DNA of 64,000 bases from an uncultured Phycisphaerales bacterium (GCA_963758525.1 CAVWVQ010000003.1:3264001-3328000), one strand, 5' to 3'. Positions 42,185 through 53,154 are shown, numbered from the stretch's first letter. The notes: generated by a model from the letters alone, not told the origin. Translations and numbers: made by a program.

Positions 42185-45100
42185 TCACGTCCCCGCGCGT
42201 TCAAGTTGCGCGGCGGGTCGCTCGTTGCGCGAGGGCGGCTGTTGCTTGTTTCCCAGAAGAAGAATTGGCGCCGCGATCGCTACCGACGAGTACGTTCCAA
42301 CCAATATGCCAACCAGCAACACGAAAGTAAAGCCGTGAATGCCGGGTCCGCCAAAGAAATACATAATTGTGACAGTCATGGTGGTCGTTCCCGCCGTCAG
42401 CAACGTGCGCGACAACGTCTGATTCACCGCGTCGTTGATGATCTGCCGGCTGACCAGACCGTACTTCCCACGGTTCTCTCGGATACGGTCGAAGACGACG
42501 ATGGTATCGATCATCGAATATCCCATGATGGTGAGAATGCCCGCGACGACCACCAGGTTGATGCGGAACGGCTCAAGCGCCAGCACCTCCCGAAGGCCCG
42601 GGACGAGCACCAGATAGTGGGCAATCCCCAGGGCCGCCACGACGAAGATGGTGTCGTGCAGCAGCGCGACCACGGTGGCGGTTCCATATTTGAGATTACC
42701 GAACCGCACCCAGATGTATGCCATGATCACGACCACCGACATGCCCAGTGCCATAAACGCGTCTTTCTGGGTGTCGCCCGCGACGGCGGCGTTAAAATTC
42801 TCCACCTTCTGCAGCTGCGCGGGCCTGCCGATGGCGTCAGTCGTCACTTTCCACATCGGGCCGGCCAGTTGCGTCTGCCATTGATCCTTGTCCTTGTCAT
42901 ATGGAATCGCATCGTCGCGCACCAGGATGACGGCAAGGTCAGTGGGCGCGTCCGCACCCCTGGGCGATTGAACGACAAACTCGCGCTGGGCCGCCAGCGG
43001 CGAGGTATCGGATTGCAACTGCTGCTCCACGATCCGCTGGCGGATGACGTTGGTCGACAGCGGCGGATCGAGATGATTCAGCACAATTGCCGCGCCGCCC
43101 GAATAGTCGCGCGCGGCCGGCGGAATAAATCCATCCGGCCACTGCTTCGCATCTGCCAGGATCTCCTTCGTGAGCGGCAGGACCGCTGGCGGGGTCATTT
43201 TCAATGCATCGCCGATCGACGAGGAACTGCCGTCAAATTTCGAAGGCAATGACGCCTGCAGACGATTGCCAAGCACCTTGAGCACTTCATTCTTCACCTC
43301 CACGCTGTTGGCGTTGGGGGTGATGATCTCGTAAGCCGTGTTCGTCCCGCCATCGGCGGATTGCACTGCCACGATGCTCGGCGAGGGAATCGCCTTGGCG
43401 TCGGCGGAGTCAAACAGCTTGCGGACGTCTTCAATCGGCGTCGGCTGCTTGAGCTCAAAGTCGACCGACGTTCCCGACGCAAACTCGATATCGAGCATTT
43501 CGCCCGAGCGGGCCTTCTGCACGAACATCGCCATGCCGACGGTGATGGCGATCACGCTGAAGACGACAAAGCCCCAGACGAGCCTCATCCAGTCGATGTT
43601 TGGACGCAGCAGTTTGTCCCACTTCGGGTGGGTCAGCGGGAAGCTCGAAAGGTTCCTGATGTGGAACGTGTCGATTAGCACGTCGAAGATCGTTCGCGTG
43701 ACAAACAGCGCGGTAAACAAGCTGGCCACGATCCCGATGATGAGGGTGATCCCGAAGCCTTTGACTTCCTCGGTGCCGAACAGAATCAGCGCCATCGAGG
43801 TGATGACGGTGGTCATGTTGGAGTCGACGATGGCGCTGAATGCCTTCCCATAGGCGTTGCGCAGCGCCATGCGCAAGGACAGCCCGCGATGCTGCTCTTC
43901 GCGAAGCCGCTCGAAAATGAGGACGTTGGCATCGACGGCGGTGCCGATCGTCAACACGATGCCGGCGATGCTCGGCAGGGTAAACGTGGCGTTCAGCGCC
44001 GCCATCGTTCCTAAAATCAGCAGCACGTTCATGAACACCGCGAACGTGGCGACCACGCCCGCGAGGTAGTAATAGCTGATGAGGAAGACTGCGACGACAA
44101 TCAGGCCAAGCCCGCAGGCGACCAGACCGTGTTTGAGATTGTCCTCGCCCAACTGCGGGCCGACGGTCTTTTCACTGATCGGCTCGTCCGCCAGCTGCGC
44201 CGGAAGACTTCCGGCGGTGAGCGTGTTGATCAGATATTCCAGATCGCTCTCACTGAAGCCATCGGCGCCGCCATCGATCTGACCCCGGTCGGAGATGCGC
44301 GATTGAATGGTGGCGACGTTGATGATCTTGTCATCCAGCACCACCGCCATCGGCTTGCGCAGGTTGTTGCCGGTCATGTTGCCAAACGCATTGCCGCCGG
44401 CGGGATCGAACGAAAACGCCACGACAGCGTCCCCTTTTTCGCCGGCGCCGCGGCTCGCATCGGTCAGTGCCCATGCCGGCTGTCCGACGCGATGATCCAG
44501 CGATTTCTCCGGCGTCACCCAGAGCAGTGCATACGGCTTCCCGTTGTACAGGGTGGTCGGCGTGTGGGTGGCCTCAGGCTTGTCCACCTGATACCAGCGC
44601 ATCCGATCGTTCGCTTCAACGCGCGGCCCCTCGCTCTGCAGGCGCTGCCGCATTCGCGAGATTTCCGCTCGATCGGCGGTCGTGAGGTCCGGGTCGCGAT
44701 CGTCCACAACGATATGAAATTCGAGGACCCCCGAGCCGCGCAGCATGCGCTTGAGATCTTCGGTGTCATCGATGGCGTTCTTCAGTTTCGCCTGCGCGTT
44801 GGCCGCGGCGACGTAATCATCGATCGCCTTGAGACGCGCGCCGAAACCTGCAAATCTGCTTTTGAGGGCGGCAATGGCCGCAGCGGGGTCGGGAGCGGAA
44901 AGCGCATCGTCCAGCTCGCTGACGCGCAGATTGGTTGAATCCAGCGGATCAACCCCCGTGCTCGCAGAGGGCTGAAGGATCTGCTGATACTCAGCGCGCA
45001 GGCGGGCCTCCAGATCCGCGTTGTGCGCCTGATGTGCCGCCTCCAGCTTGTCCCAGGTGCTCGTCAGCTTCGCGAACAGCGCTTCGCGGGCGGGATCACC

Positions 45101-45592
45101 GTCGGCAAAACGCGCCAAATCAGCCCGCGTCCGCCCATTCTTTTGCTCAACCGCGTCTGTCACATCAGAAGCCCGCACATTGGTGGCCTCCAGCGCCGAG
45201 CGTGCTGCCAGGACCTGCTCGCCCGCTTCGCGGCGCTTGGCCGCGTTTTCGTGTGCGTTGCCGGAGAAGGGCATCTGGATTTCCAGACGATCGTTGCCTT
45301 CGGGGCGCCAAATGAGATTTCGCTGACCGAACGGATCGACGCGGCGCTTCAGCGCAACCATGACGCGCTGCGCCAGGTCGTCCTTGCCCTGCAACCCGCC
45401 GGGCGGCTTCTTGATCTCATACAGCAGGCTGGTTCCGCCGACGATGTCGATGCCCGGATTCAGGTTCAGCCAGTGGTCGATCTTCTCGGAAGGGTGCGCC
45501 AGCTTGACGAGCACCGGCGAAAAAATCGCCACCAGCGCGCACCCCAGCGCCAGCAGCACGACAAATAGCCTCGACCCGTGTTTCTCAGACAT
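42185..45592 (-). CDS. secDF: Fused protein translocase SecDF
   Basis: LNPGIDIVGG, AGSLPA, VGPQLG, TLPSIAGIVLTIGTAVDANVLIFERLREE, GYSMIDTIVVFDRIRE, QTLSRT. Confidence 0.96.
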   Translation of the reverse strand: MSEKHGSRLFVVLLALGCALVAIFSPVLVKLAHPSEKIDHWLNLNPGIDIVGGTSLLYEIKKPPGGLQGKDDLAQRVMVALKRRVDPFGQRNLIWRPEGNDRLEIQMPFSGNAHENAAKRREAGEQVLAARSALEATNVRASDVTDAVEQKNGRTRADLARFADGDPAREALFAKLTSTWDKLEAAHQAHNADLEARLRAEYQQILQPSASTGVDPLDSTNLRVSELDDALSAPDPAAAIAALKSRFAGFGARLKAIDDYVAAANAQAKLKNAIDDTEDLKRMLRGSGVLEFHIVVDDRDPDLTTADRAEISRMRQRLQSEGPRVEANDRMRWYQVDKPEATHTPTTLYNGKPYALLWVTPEKSLDHRVGQPAWALTDASRGAGEKGDAVVAFSFDPAGGNAFGNMTGNNLRKPMAVVLDDKIINVATIQSRISDRGQIDGGADGFSESDLEYLINTLTAGSLPAQLADEPISEKTVGPQLGEDNLKHGLVACGLGLIVVAVFLISYYYLAGVVATFAVFMNVLLILGTMAALNATFTLPSIAGIVLTIGTAVDANVLIFERLREEQHRGLSLRMALRNAYGKAFSAIVDSNMTTVITSMALILFGTEEVKGFGITLIIGIVASLFTALFVTRTIFDVLIDTFHIRNLSSFPLTHPKWDKLLRPNIDWMRLVWGFVVFSVIAITVGMAMFVQKARSGEMLDIEFASGTSVDFELKQPTPIEDVRKLFDSADAKAIPSPSIVAVQSADGGTNTAYEIITPNANSVEVKNEVLKVLGNRLQASLPSKFDGSSSSIGDALKMTPPAVLPLTKEILADAKQWPDGFIPPAARDYSGGAAIVLNHLDPPLSTNVIRQRIVEQQLQSDTSPLAAQREFVVQSPRGADAPTDLAVILVRDDAIPYDKDKDQWQTQLAGPMWKVTTDAIGRPAQLQKVENFNAAVAGDTQKDAFMALGMSVVVIMAYIWVRFGNLKYGTATVVALLHDTIFVVAALGIAHYLVLVPGLREVLALEPFRINLVVVAGILTIMGYSMIDTIVVFDRIRENRGKYGLVSRQIINDAVNQTLSRTLLTAGTTTMTVTIMYFFGGPGIHGFTFVLLVGILVGTYSSVAIAAPILLLGNKQQPPSRNERPAAQLERAGT

Positions 45593-45655
45593 GGAAACCG
45601 TCCTCAGTTCCTCGTTCCGCAATGCTCAGATCGAATCATCCCCCACCGTCATCCT

Positions 45656-46003
45656 CTATTTTACCACGGCCTTTTCGTCCTCGATCACGCTCGCGATCGC
45701 CTTTCGGGAAAATTTAATTTTGGTGTTGTTGCTTTCATCCACCTTTACCACCACGTCGCTCTCGCGCGCTTCCACGACGGTTCCAAGGATCCCGCCGATG
45801 GTCTGGATGCGGTCCCCGCGCTTGAGATCCTTGAGCCGGTTGGTCAACTCCTTGTCTCCGCCGCGCTTGCTGCGGAGAAAATAAATCCAGACGACCACCA
45901 CCACGATCATCATGGGGAACTGGAAGCTGTGAAAAAACGGGTACCAGCCCGGGGGCTGTTTATCCGAGGCGGCGTCCGCGAGAAATGCCATGAACGTGCT
46001 CAA
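45656..46003 (-). CDS. yajC: Preprotein translocase subunit YajC
   Basis: TM helix then LKRGDRIQTIGGILGTVV; lies between tgt and secDF. Confidence 0.93.
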   Translation of the reverse strand: MSTFMAFLADAASDKQPPGWYPFFHSFQFPMMIVVVVVWIYFLRSKRGGDKELTNRLKDLKRGDRIQTIGGILGTVVEARESDVVVKVDESNNTKIKFSRKAIASVIEDEKAVVK

Positions 46004-46082
46004 TTACAATCTCCTGCTGCAACGACTCAGTCGTCGGCGTTGCGATGCTATGTGACCCCGCGCAATAACGCGCTTCCCAAAA

Positions 46083-46110
46083 CCGTTTAGCGGCTGCCCC
46101 GAGGGCAGCG
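46083..46110. repeat. CCGTTTAGC.GCTGCCCC.AGGGCAGCG hairpin repeat, copy 2
   Basis: Direct repeat of 42143-42170. Confidence 0.75.
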
Positions 46111-46145
46111 TTCATCCGCACCAGCGCTTACTAGCGCTAGTTCAT

Positions 46146-47297
46146 CTAAGGCTCCGCGCGACTTGCGGCGGAGCCCGGTCCAAGACCCGTCCGCGGGTCA
46201 TCCCGGCGAAACGCATCGAAGGTTCCGTCGGCAATCGCCTGGCGGATGTCTGCCATCAGGCGTTGGTAGAACCGCATATTATGCACGGATGCGAGCACCG
46301 GGCCAAGCATCTCGCCCGCGCAAAAAAAGTGGCGGATCGCCCCCCGCGTGAAGTTGCGGCAGGCATAACAGTCGCAGTGTGCCTCGATCGGCTCCCCATC
46401 CCGCGCCAGTTTGCTGTTCCGCAGCCGCAACGGTCCCTCAGCCGTGAACGCATACGCATTCCGCCCGTTTCGCGTCGGCAGCACGCAGTCGAACATGTCG
46501 ATTCCGCTCGCCACCGCGGCCACGATATCCCGCGGAAAGCCCACGCCCATCAGGTATCGGGGCCGATCTGCGGGCAGCAGCGGTCCTACCTGCTGCAAAA
46601 TATTGCGCATCGCTTCGAAACCCTCTCCAACCGCCAGCCCGCCAAGAGCATAACCCGGGAAGTTGAATTCCGAGAGTCGTTCAAGGCACTGGGCGCGTAA
46701 CGCCGGGTCTGTTCCTCCCTGCACGATCCCAAAAAGCGATTGCTCGTCCGGCCGCCCGTGAGCGGCGACGCATTCCCTGGCCCACTTGATCGTCCGTTCC
46801 ACTGCCGACCGCTGCACGTCCACCGGCGCATCGCCCGGAGGGCATTCGTCAAACGCCATGATGATGTCTGCGCCAAGTGCGTTCTGCACTTCGATGCTCC
46901 GCCTCGGCGTCAGCATCACCGTCGACCCGTCCACATGACTCTGAAACTTCACGCCGTCATCGCTAATCCGGCTGATATCCGCCAACGAGAAAACCTGAAA
47001 CCCGCCGCTGTCGGTCAAAATCGGCCCTTTCCAGCTCATGAACCGGTGCAATCCACCCAATTCGCGAACGACACTTTCGCCAGGCCGGAGCATTAAATGG
47101 TAGGTGTTTGCCAGAATGATCTGCGACCCGGTGGCCGCAACATGATCGGGGAGAATGCCTTTGATCGATCCCTGGGTGCCGACCGGCATGAACGCGGGAG
47201 TATCGAACCCGCCATTGCGCGTCGTCACACGTCCAGTTCGCGCGTGCGAAGCTAAATCAGTTGCCGAGATGCTAAAATCGAGCGGTCGATCCATCAT
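46146..47297 (-). CDS. tgt: tRNA-guanine transglycosylase
   Basis: TPAFMPVGT, LANTYHL, TDSGGFQVFSL, FGIVQGG, DMFDCVLPTRNGRN, CDCYAC. Confidence 0.97.
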   Translation of the reverse strand: MMDRPLDFSISATDLASHARTGRVTTRNGGFDTPAFMPVGTQGSIKGILPDHVAATGSQIILANTYHLMLRPGESVVRELGGLHRFMSWKGPILTDSGGFQVFSLADISRISDDGVKFQSHVDGSTVMLTPRRSIEVQNALGADIIMAFDECPPGDAPVDVQRSAVERTIKWARECVAAHGRPDEQSLFGIVQGGTDPALRAQCLERLSEFNFPGYALGGLAVGEGFEAMRNILQQVGPLLPADRPRYLMGVGFPRDIVAAVASGIDMFDCVLPTRNGRNAYAFTAEGPLRLRNSKLARDGEPIEAHCDCYACRNFTRGAIRHFFCAGEMLGPVLASVHNMRFYQRLMADIRQAIADGTFDAFRRDDPRTGLGPGSAASRAEP

Positions 47298-47550
47298 GGA
47301 GGACGATCATCGGGAACACTCGTGCGGGATCAACAGCATTGTCCCGACGGAACCGACGGTGCAAGCACCGTCGGCGTTCTGCGCGCGGGAAGCGTCTTCC
47401 GGGGACGGGAGGGGGTCAGCAAGCAAATCTGCTTGATTCAACGCCGAGCGATGCTTGCACTCTCGGTTCTTCGCTTCTCCCGCACGCCCGCGGCTCAGAG
47501 ATCTTCGCGTTTGCTTCCCTTCCCACCCATGCCGGGGGAGGGGCTTCTCA

Positions 47551-48312
47551 TCATGACAGTTTCTCGACCTTCTCGCTCTGCAATGCCGATCGCCAGCGCG
47601 CGGGGACCGCTTCCCAGGCTGATTGGTAGGTTGATTCGAGCGGCAGCGGGACGTAGATCTCTGCGGTGAGGAAGAGCGGCATCTCGGGCAGGGCGGCACC
47701 TACCGCCACCGGCTCGATGAACGCCTCCTGGCAAATGCCTCCGATGTAGGACGCCATGGTCAGCGGGCGATCCGCCGGAAGGAGAAAGTCGCTGGTGTCC
47801 AATTCATCCCAAATCACTTTGTGAATCCCTTGGGGATCGCGCGGGCCTGGCGGAAACGGATCGATGACCACCAGGTGAATCCCGCCGCGAAGCAGTTGGG
47901 AGGCTTTTTCGACAAACGTGCGGATGGCACCGGGAGTGCTCTTGTTTCCGGGGGAGACGATTCCGATGACGGCAACCGTGCGGTCACCGCTGACGTGCTT
48001 GATCGCTATTCGGCTGGCCTTGGCAGCGTAGATGTCCGCCTCGGTTCGCGCCTGGAATGATACTTTTGGCGGGACAGTCGCCAGAGCCACCCCGCCGCCG
48101 GATTCCCCGCCGCTTTGCTGGCCCGCTGATCTGTCCGGTCCTTCGAGCGTTAGCACGTCGGGACCGAACCCGCCGGCAAGTTGCTCAGCCAGCGCATAAT
48201 AGTCCGGCGGGAGAAGCCTTCGGTTTAGCGCGCGCTTTATCTCCTCAATCCAAGCATGGTGGAAATCGTGAAAGATACCCGCCTTGACCCGCGTCCAATC
48301 GTGAATGGGCAT
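47551..48312 (-). CDS. DUF4058-family (PD-(D/E)xK-like) planctomycete protein
   Basis: MPIHDWTRVKAGIFHDFHHAWI, PDVL, VSPGNK, GIHLVVID.FPP.PRDPQGIH, LPEMPLFL. Confidence 0.8.
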   Translation of the reverse strand: MPIHDWTRVKAGIFHDFHHAWIEEIKRALNRRLLPPDYYALAEQLAGGFGPDVLTLEGPDRSAGQQSGGESGGGVALATVPPKVSFQARTEADIYAAKASRIAIKHVSGDRTVAVIGIVSPGNKSTPGAIRTFVEKASQLLRGGIHLVVIDPFPPGPRDPQGIHKVIWDELDTSDFLLPADRPLTMASYIGGICQEAFIEPVAVGAALPEMPLFLTAEIYVPLPLESTYQSAWEAVPARWRSALQSEKVEKLS

Positions 48313-48475
48313 TGTTTCTCCGTGATTGGCCGCCGCGGGCTGGCCGATGGCCATTATACCCGGCCGCGACGATTTGCCTCAAATCACTGGAACAATGAAA
48401 CGATGGGGGCAACACAAAAGGCGTGGCCCCGGCTTGACGCGATGTGCCACGTCCTTTCGAGCAAGAAGAGAAATT

Positions 48476-48584
48476 GCCACGAAAAGACGCAAAAGACACA
48501 AAAAAAAGATGCAGGGGATGAGAGCACATTTCTGCTGCTCCTCGACCCTCTATTTCCCCTTTTGTGTTTTTGTGTTTTTGTGGC
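48476..48584. repeat. AT-rich inverted repeat (GCCAC-AAAA-CACAAAA family)
   Basis: gccacgaaaagacgcaaaagacacaaaa … ttttgtgtttttgtgtttttgtggc. Confidence 0.7.
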
Positions 48585-48738
48585 GATTCTCTTTCTCTTG
48601 CCCGTATTTTTTCCCGGTCGTGATCTCGCGACGAATCCCTAACTTAAAACACCGCGCATTCTGTGGCCCACCCGGAAAAGGAGGGCCTGTCACAGCGCGG
48701 GTTGTGCGCGGCCTGCGGCTCCGCGAGAATCGGTCGCG

Positions 48739-49503
48739 ATGAATGGCGTCGCGGTCAACATCACGGGCGTGGAGCGAACATTTCCCAACGGCGTACGCGC
48801 TCTTCAACAGATCACGCTCGCGATCGATCCCGGCGAATTCGTCGCCGTCGTCGGTCCCTCAGGCTGCGGCAAATCGACGCTGCTTCGCCTTGTCGCAAAA
48901 CTCGACAACGCGCAGGCCGGGTCCGTTACGCTCGATCCTGATGACGCGCATCAACTTGCTTTTGTCTTCCAGGACGCGCAGCTCCTCCCCTGGCGGAATG
49001 TGCTGCAAAATGTCGCCGTTCCGCTGGAGCTGATGCACGTCTCAAAGCCTCAGCGGCTCGAAGCGGCCCGCGCCGCGATCGCGCAGGTCGGCCTCGCCGA
49101 CGCGGCAGATCGATATCCGAACCAGCTCTCCGGCGGCATGCGCATGCGCGTGTCGCTGGCGCGAGCGATGGTCACAAAGCCGCGGCTGCTGCTGATGGAC
49201 GAGCCGTTCGCGGCGCTGGATGAAATCACCCGCCAGCGGCTGGACGAGCAACTTCTCTCGCTCTGGTCTTCCAGCGGGGCGACCGTGTTGTTCGTCACGC
49301 ATTCGATCGCCGAGGCGGTCTTTCTCTCGCAGCGGGTGGTGGTCATGTCGCCGCGCCCCGGCCGGATCATTCTCGACCGCAAAATCGATCTGCCGGCGCA
49401 GCGCGTGGCGCAGCTTCGCGGCACGGCGGAGTTCGCCGCGCAGACCAAAGACCTCTTCGAGGCGTTGCGCCAGGAGACAGAAGCGGCGGGGAGCGCTGCA
49501 TGA
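48739..49503 (+). CDS. NitT/TauT-family ABC ATPase
   Basis: GPSGCGKST, FVFQDAQLLPW, LSGGMRMRVSLARA, MDEPFAALDEITR, FVTHSIAEAV. Confidence 0.92.
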   Translation: MNGVAVNITGVERTFPNGVRALQQITLAIDPGEFVAVVGPSGCGKSTLLRLVAKLDNAQAGSVTLDPDDAHQLAFVFQDAQLLPWRNVLQNVAVPLELMHVSKPQRLEAARAAIAQVGLADAADRYPNQLSGGMRMRVSLARAMVTKPRLLLMDEPFAALDEITRQRLDEQLLSLWSSSGATVLFVTHSIAEAVFLSQRVVVMSPRPGRIILDRKIDLPAQRVAQLRGTAEFAAQTKDLFEALRQETEAAGSAA

Positions 49504-50255
49504 GGCGAATCGTTCCGCCGGTGCTCGTGCTGATGTTCGCTGTCGCCGCGCTGGAAATGGCGGTTCGCTGCCTGGGAGTCTCGACATACCTCGTGCCGCC
49601 TCCCTCGCTGGTCGTGAAGGTCATCTTTCAAAACACGGAGAATCTTCCGCAAAAAATGTGGGAGACGGGCATGGCGGCGGTGATCGGCCTGGTTCTGAGC
49701 GGCATCCTCGGGATCGCTCTGGCGATCGCGCTCTCGTCGGCACAATGGATTCAGCGGGCCTTCTATCCGTATGCGGTCTTCTTTCAGACCGTCCCGATCA
49801 TCGCGATCGCGCCATTGCTGGTCATCTGGCTCGGCTACGGACAACCGACGGTCATTGCCTCGGCCTTCATCGTTTCGATCTTCCCGATGATCGCCAACAC
49901 CTTGGCCGGGCTGACCGCAACTGACCCGGGTCTGCGCGACATGTTTCGGCTGTACGACGCAGGCCCTGTCGCAACGCTGCTGAAGCTGCGGCTCCCCTCC
50001 GCGCTCCCGCAAATCATGACGGGACTGCGCATCTCATCCGGATTGGCTGTCATCGGCGCCATCGTCGGCGAATTCATCGGCGGGGGAGGGCTCGGTGCGG
50101 TCATCGAAGTGGCGCAGCGACAGCAGCGCGCCGACATCTGCTTCGCGGCGATCGTGCTCGCGTCCCTCCTGGGACTGGCGATGTTCGGCGTCGTCAATCT
50201 GGTGAGCATCGTCGCGCTCGGGCGGTGGCATCCTTCGGAAGGCGCCAGGGACTGA
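49500..50255 (+). CDS. NitT/TauT-family ABC permease
   Basis: QTVPIIAIAPLLVIWLGYG, KLRLPSALPQI, IGAIVGEF; ATGA overlap. Confidence 0.92.
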   Translation: MRRIVPPVLVLMFAVAALEMAVRCLGVSTYLVPPPSLVVKVIFQNTENLPQKMWETGMAAVIGLVLSGILGIALAIALSSAQWIQRAFYPYAVFFQTVPIIAIAPLLVIWLGYGQPTVIASAFIVSIFPMIANTLAGLTATDPGLRDMFRLYDAGPVATLLKLRLPSALPQIMTGLRISSGLAVIGAIVGEFIGGGGLGAVIEVAQRQQRADICFAAIVLASLLGLAMFGVVNLVSIVALGRWHPSEGARD

Positions 50256-50318
50256 GAAAACGACGGGAATGACCCCGGCAGTCATTGCCTGTTCACGCGG
50301 TCTTACACCTGGTCACGA

Positions 50319-52697
50319 TCAGGTGGTCACAGTTTGAGCCACGGCGTTCGAGCTGCTGGTTGTGAACTGCGTATTTCCGCCATAAACGGCCGTGATTGAG
50401 TTGCTGCCGACCGGCAGCATCGTCGTAGTCAGCGTGGCGATGCCGCCGCTGAGCGCGGCGGATCCGATGGAATTTCCGCTGTCAAAAAACGTGACGATGC
50501 CAGTTGGTGTTCCGGCGCCGGGGCTGACTGCAGCGAGTGTGGCCGTGAAGCTCACGCTTTGGCCAGAGCCGATCGACGTGGAGGTATTCTTCGTCAGCTT
50601 GGTGGACGTCGCGGATTGAAGGACGGTCTGGGTCGTGCTTCCCGAAGCGCTCGTCGAAAAGTCGGCATTCCCGCCATACACAGCGGTGATCGACTGACTT
50701 CCAACCTGCAGCGCGGCGGTGGTGAAAATGGCGGTGCCGCCGCTGAGCGCGCCAGTTCCCAGCGTGGTCGCGCCATCCTTGAACGTTACGATTCCCGAGG
50801 CAGTGCCCGCGCCTGGGCTGACCGCAGCAACTGTTGCAGTGAACGTGACAGCTTGGCCGTAGTGAACAGCAGTGGAGACATTTTTAGTCAATTTGGTGTT
50901 CGTCGATGACTTGCCAACGGTCTGGCTTAAAGCGGCGGAAGTGCTCGCGGCGAAGTTCTGATCGCTGCCGTAGACCGCGCTGATCGAATGATTTGCGACC
51001 GGCAGCGCGCTTGTTGTGAAGGTGGCGACGCTGCTGCTCATTGTCGCAGTTCCGAGGATGGTCGAGCCGTCTTCGAAAGTCACGATGCCGGTGGGAGTGC
51101 CGGCGCCGGGGCTAAGGGCAGAGACGCTGGCGGTGAAGGTAATGCTCTGTCCGAACTTCGCCGCGGCGCTGGTGCTTTTGGTCAATTTCGTGGTTGTGGA
51201 AGATCGAGTCACCGTCTGCGTCACGGCGACCGACGTGCTGGAAGCGAAGTTGGCGTCGCCGCTATAAACGGCTTGCACCGAATTGCTCCCGGTCGGCAAC
51301 TTCGTGGTCGAAAGCAACGCAACGCCGGCGCTGAGCGTGGCGGTTCCGAGTGCCGTCGACCCATCCATGAAAGAAACGGTTCCGGTGGGCGTGCCCGAAC
51401 CCGGACTGACGATCACGGTGGCGGTGAAAGTCACGCTCTGACCGAACTTCACCGCGGTGGTTGTGTTCTTGCTGAGTTTGACCACCGGCGGCGCGATGCC
51501 GTATCCGCTGCCGGTCACCTCGAACACTCCGCCGTACCCGAGGCCGTAGGTGGTATGGCCGTTCAGGTCGCCGTACAGATTGCCGGAAGAATCGACCGCC
51601 AGGGATGCAGCTTGCGGATATGCTAAATTGTTCACATCAAATGCGCCCAGCGCCTTGATGGTTTGCGTGCCGGCGGGCACTTCATACACCGCTCCGTATC
51701 CTCCGGAGGCGCCGGTTGACGTCGTTCCAAAGATGTTTCCGTACTGATCGCGAATGATGCCGGTGACGGGGTTGGCCCCCGGGTCGCTGGTGCTGTCGAA
51801 AGATGCCAGCGTCGAGATCGTATGGGTGTTTGCGGCAATCTCGATGACCGCCCCGACGCCATTGACGCCCCCGCCTGAGGTTGTCCCGTACAGATTGCCG
51901 GCTGAGTCGACCGACAGCGCAGGGGCACCCACGCCATAGTCGAACGTGGAGAAGGCGTGGGCGCCGGCAGTGACTTCGAAGATCGAGCCCCTTGCGGTCG
52001 GACCTCCGCTGGCGGTCGTCCCGTAGATATTTCCCTGCGCGTCGGTCACCAGGACCGGGTTGGGATTCCGGGTGTCCTGGAACGTCACCACATCGGACAC
52101 GGAATGGTCGCTGGCGGCAACTTCGAACACGGTTCCGTAGCCGTAGCTGAAGAAGCTTCCAGCCACATAACCGTATCCTCCTTCTTCGGCGGTTCCATAG
52201 AGATTTCCCGCGGAATCGAAGACCAGATTGCCTTTGGGAAGCCACCCGTTGGTGCCGTTCAGCGAGGCGATAGTCGTCAGTTGATGGGTGGTGGCATCGA
52301 CCTCGAATACCGATCCATCGCCATAGATGCCTCCCCCTGCCGTTGTCCCGTAGAGGTTTCCCTTTGAGTCAGCGACGAGAGTTCCTTCGGGGGACGAACC
52401 GCTCAGCGGATCGAAGGTGCCCGGCGTGGACAACTGGCGCGTGGTTGCCGCAACTTCGAAGACCGTGCCCGAGTTGGTATTCATATTGCCGGAGGTGGTC
52501 CCAAAAAGGTCCCCGGCCGAGTCGATGTACAGGCCGGCGTCGGGGAACGCGTTGCTGGAGCCGTCAAATGTCACGAGGGTGCTCAGGGTCGCAGTGAGAA
52601 GCCGGCGGCTTTCAAGCCGCTCTGCACGCGCCGGCCGGCCGGATGGAGTTTTTCTACCGGCACCCAGAACCCCGCGAGTTCGAAATGATCGCATCAT
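50319..52697 (-). CDS. Surface protein: LEPR-XLL-type leader, GNLYGTT/GTVFE beta-propeller repeats, four Ig-like (Big_3-type) domains
   Basis: ERLESRRLL; about six D..GNLYGTT..GG..G.G.VFE repeats; four GQSVTFTATV…PTG.VTF.DG…ITAVY.G repeats. Confidence 0.88.
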   Translation of the reverse strand: MMRSFRTRGVLGAGRKTPSGRPARAERLESRRLLTATLSTLVTFDGSSNAFPDAGLYIDSAGDLFGTTSGNMNTNSGTVFEVAATTRQLSTPGTFDPLSGSSPEGTLVADSKGNLYGTTAGGGIYGDGSVFEVDATTHQLTTIASLNGTNGWLPKGNLVFDSAGNLYGTAEEGGYGYVAGSFFSYGYGTVFEVAASDHSVSDVVTFQDTRNPNPVLVTDAQGNIYGTTASGGPTARGSIFEVTAGAHAFSTFDYGVGAPALSVDSAGNLYGTTSGGGVNGVGAVIEIAANTHTISTLASFDSTSDPGANPVTGIIRDQYGNIFGTTSTGASGGYGAVYEVPAGTQTIKALGAFDVNNLAYPQAASLAVDSSGNLYGDLNGHTTYGLGYGGVFEVTGSGYGIAPPVVKLSKNTTTAVKFGQSVTFTATVIVSPGSGTPTGTVSFMDGSTALGTATLSAGVALLSTTKLPTGSNSVQAVYSGDANFASSTSVAVTQTVTRSSTTTKLTKSTSAAAKFGQSITFTASVSALSPGAGTPTGIVTFEDGSTILGTATMSSSVATFTTSALPVANHSISAVYGSDQNFAASTSAALSQTVGKSSTNTKLTKNVSTAVHYGQAVTFTATVAAVSPGAGTASGIVTFKDGATTLGTGALSGGTAIFTTAALQVGSQSITAVYGGNADFSTSASGSTTQTVLQSATSTKLTKNTSTSIGSGQSVSFTATLAAVSPGAGTPTGIVTFFDSGNSIGSAALSGGIATLTTTMLPVGSNSITAVYGGNTQFTTSSSNAVAQTVTT

Positions 52698-52990
52698 GCA
52701 CCTTGGTCTGAATTGAAGCCCAGCGCATCACCCCGATTGGATGTGCAATGACTTCTGAAGATCGGGATCAAACAATGGCGGCAGCATAGCACGCCGTCGC
52801 GGGATGCGGCAAGCAGCCTGCGATTTCTCGATTTCTCCGCATCCGACAGGATAACAAACGGCTTTGCATTCATCGCGCGGTGACGGTCGGCAGCGACACC
52901 GTTGATCTCATGCAGCCTCAAACCGCCAGACTCGATCGGGAAGCTCGCCGGGTGTAACTTTTATTTGTGGCGATTGCAGATTTTGCGATC

Positions 52991-53058
52991 GTAGGGCGGG
53001 ATTCATCCCGCCGTTTTCTCAGCCGGCCAACAAATCGGCGGGATGAATCCCGCCCTAC
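52991..53058. repeat. GTAG-type REP doublet
   Basis: Perfect 22-bp inverted repeat GTAGGGCGGGATTCATCCCGCC (52991-53012 / 53037-53058); each arm is itself palindromic. Confidence 0.85.
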
Positions 53059-53154
53059 TCGGAGCCGATCGCCACTTTCGAGCGCCACACCCAGCTCGCC
53101 AGTCGTTCGCGTTGCACTCTTGCCCCCGCACATCCTGCCCGATACGTTCCTTTC

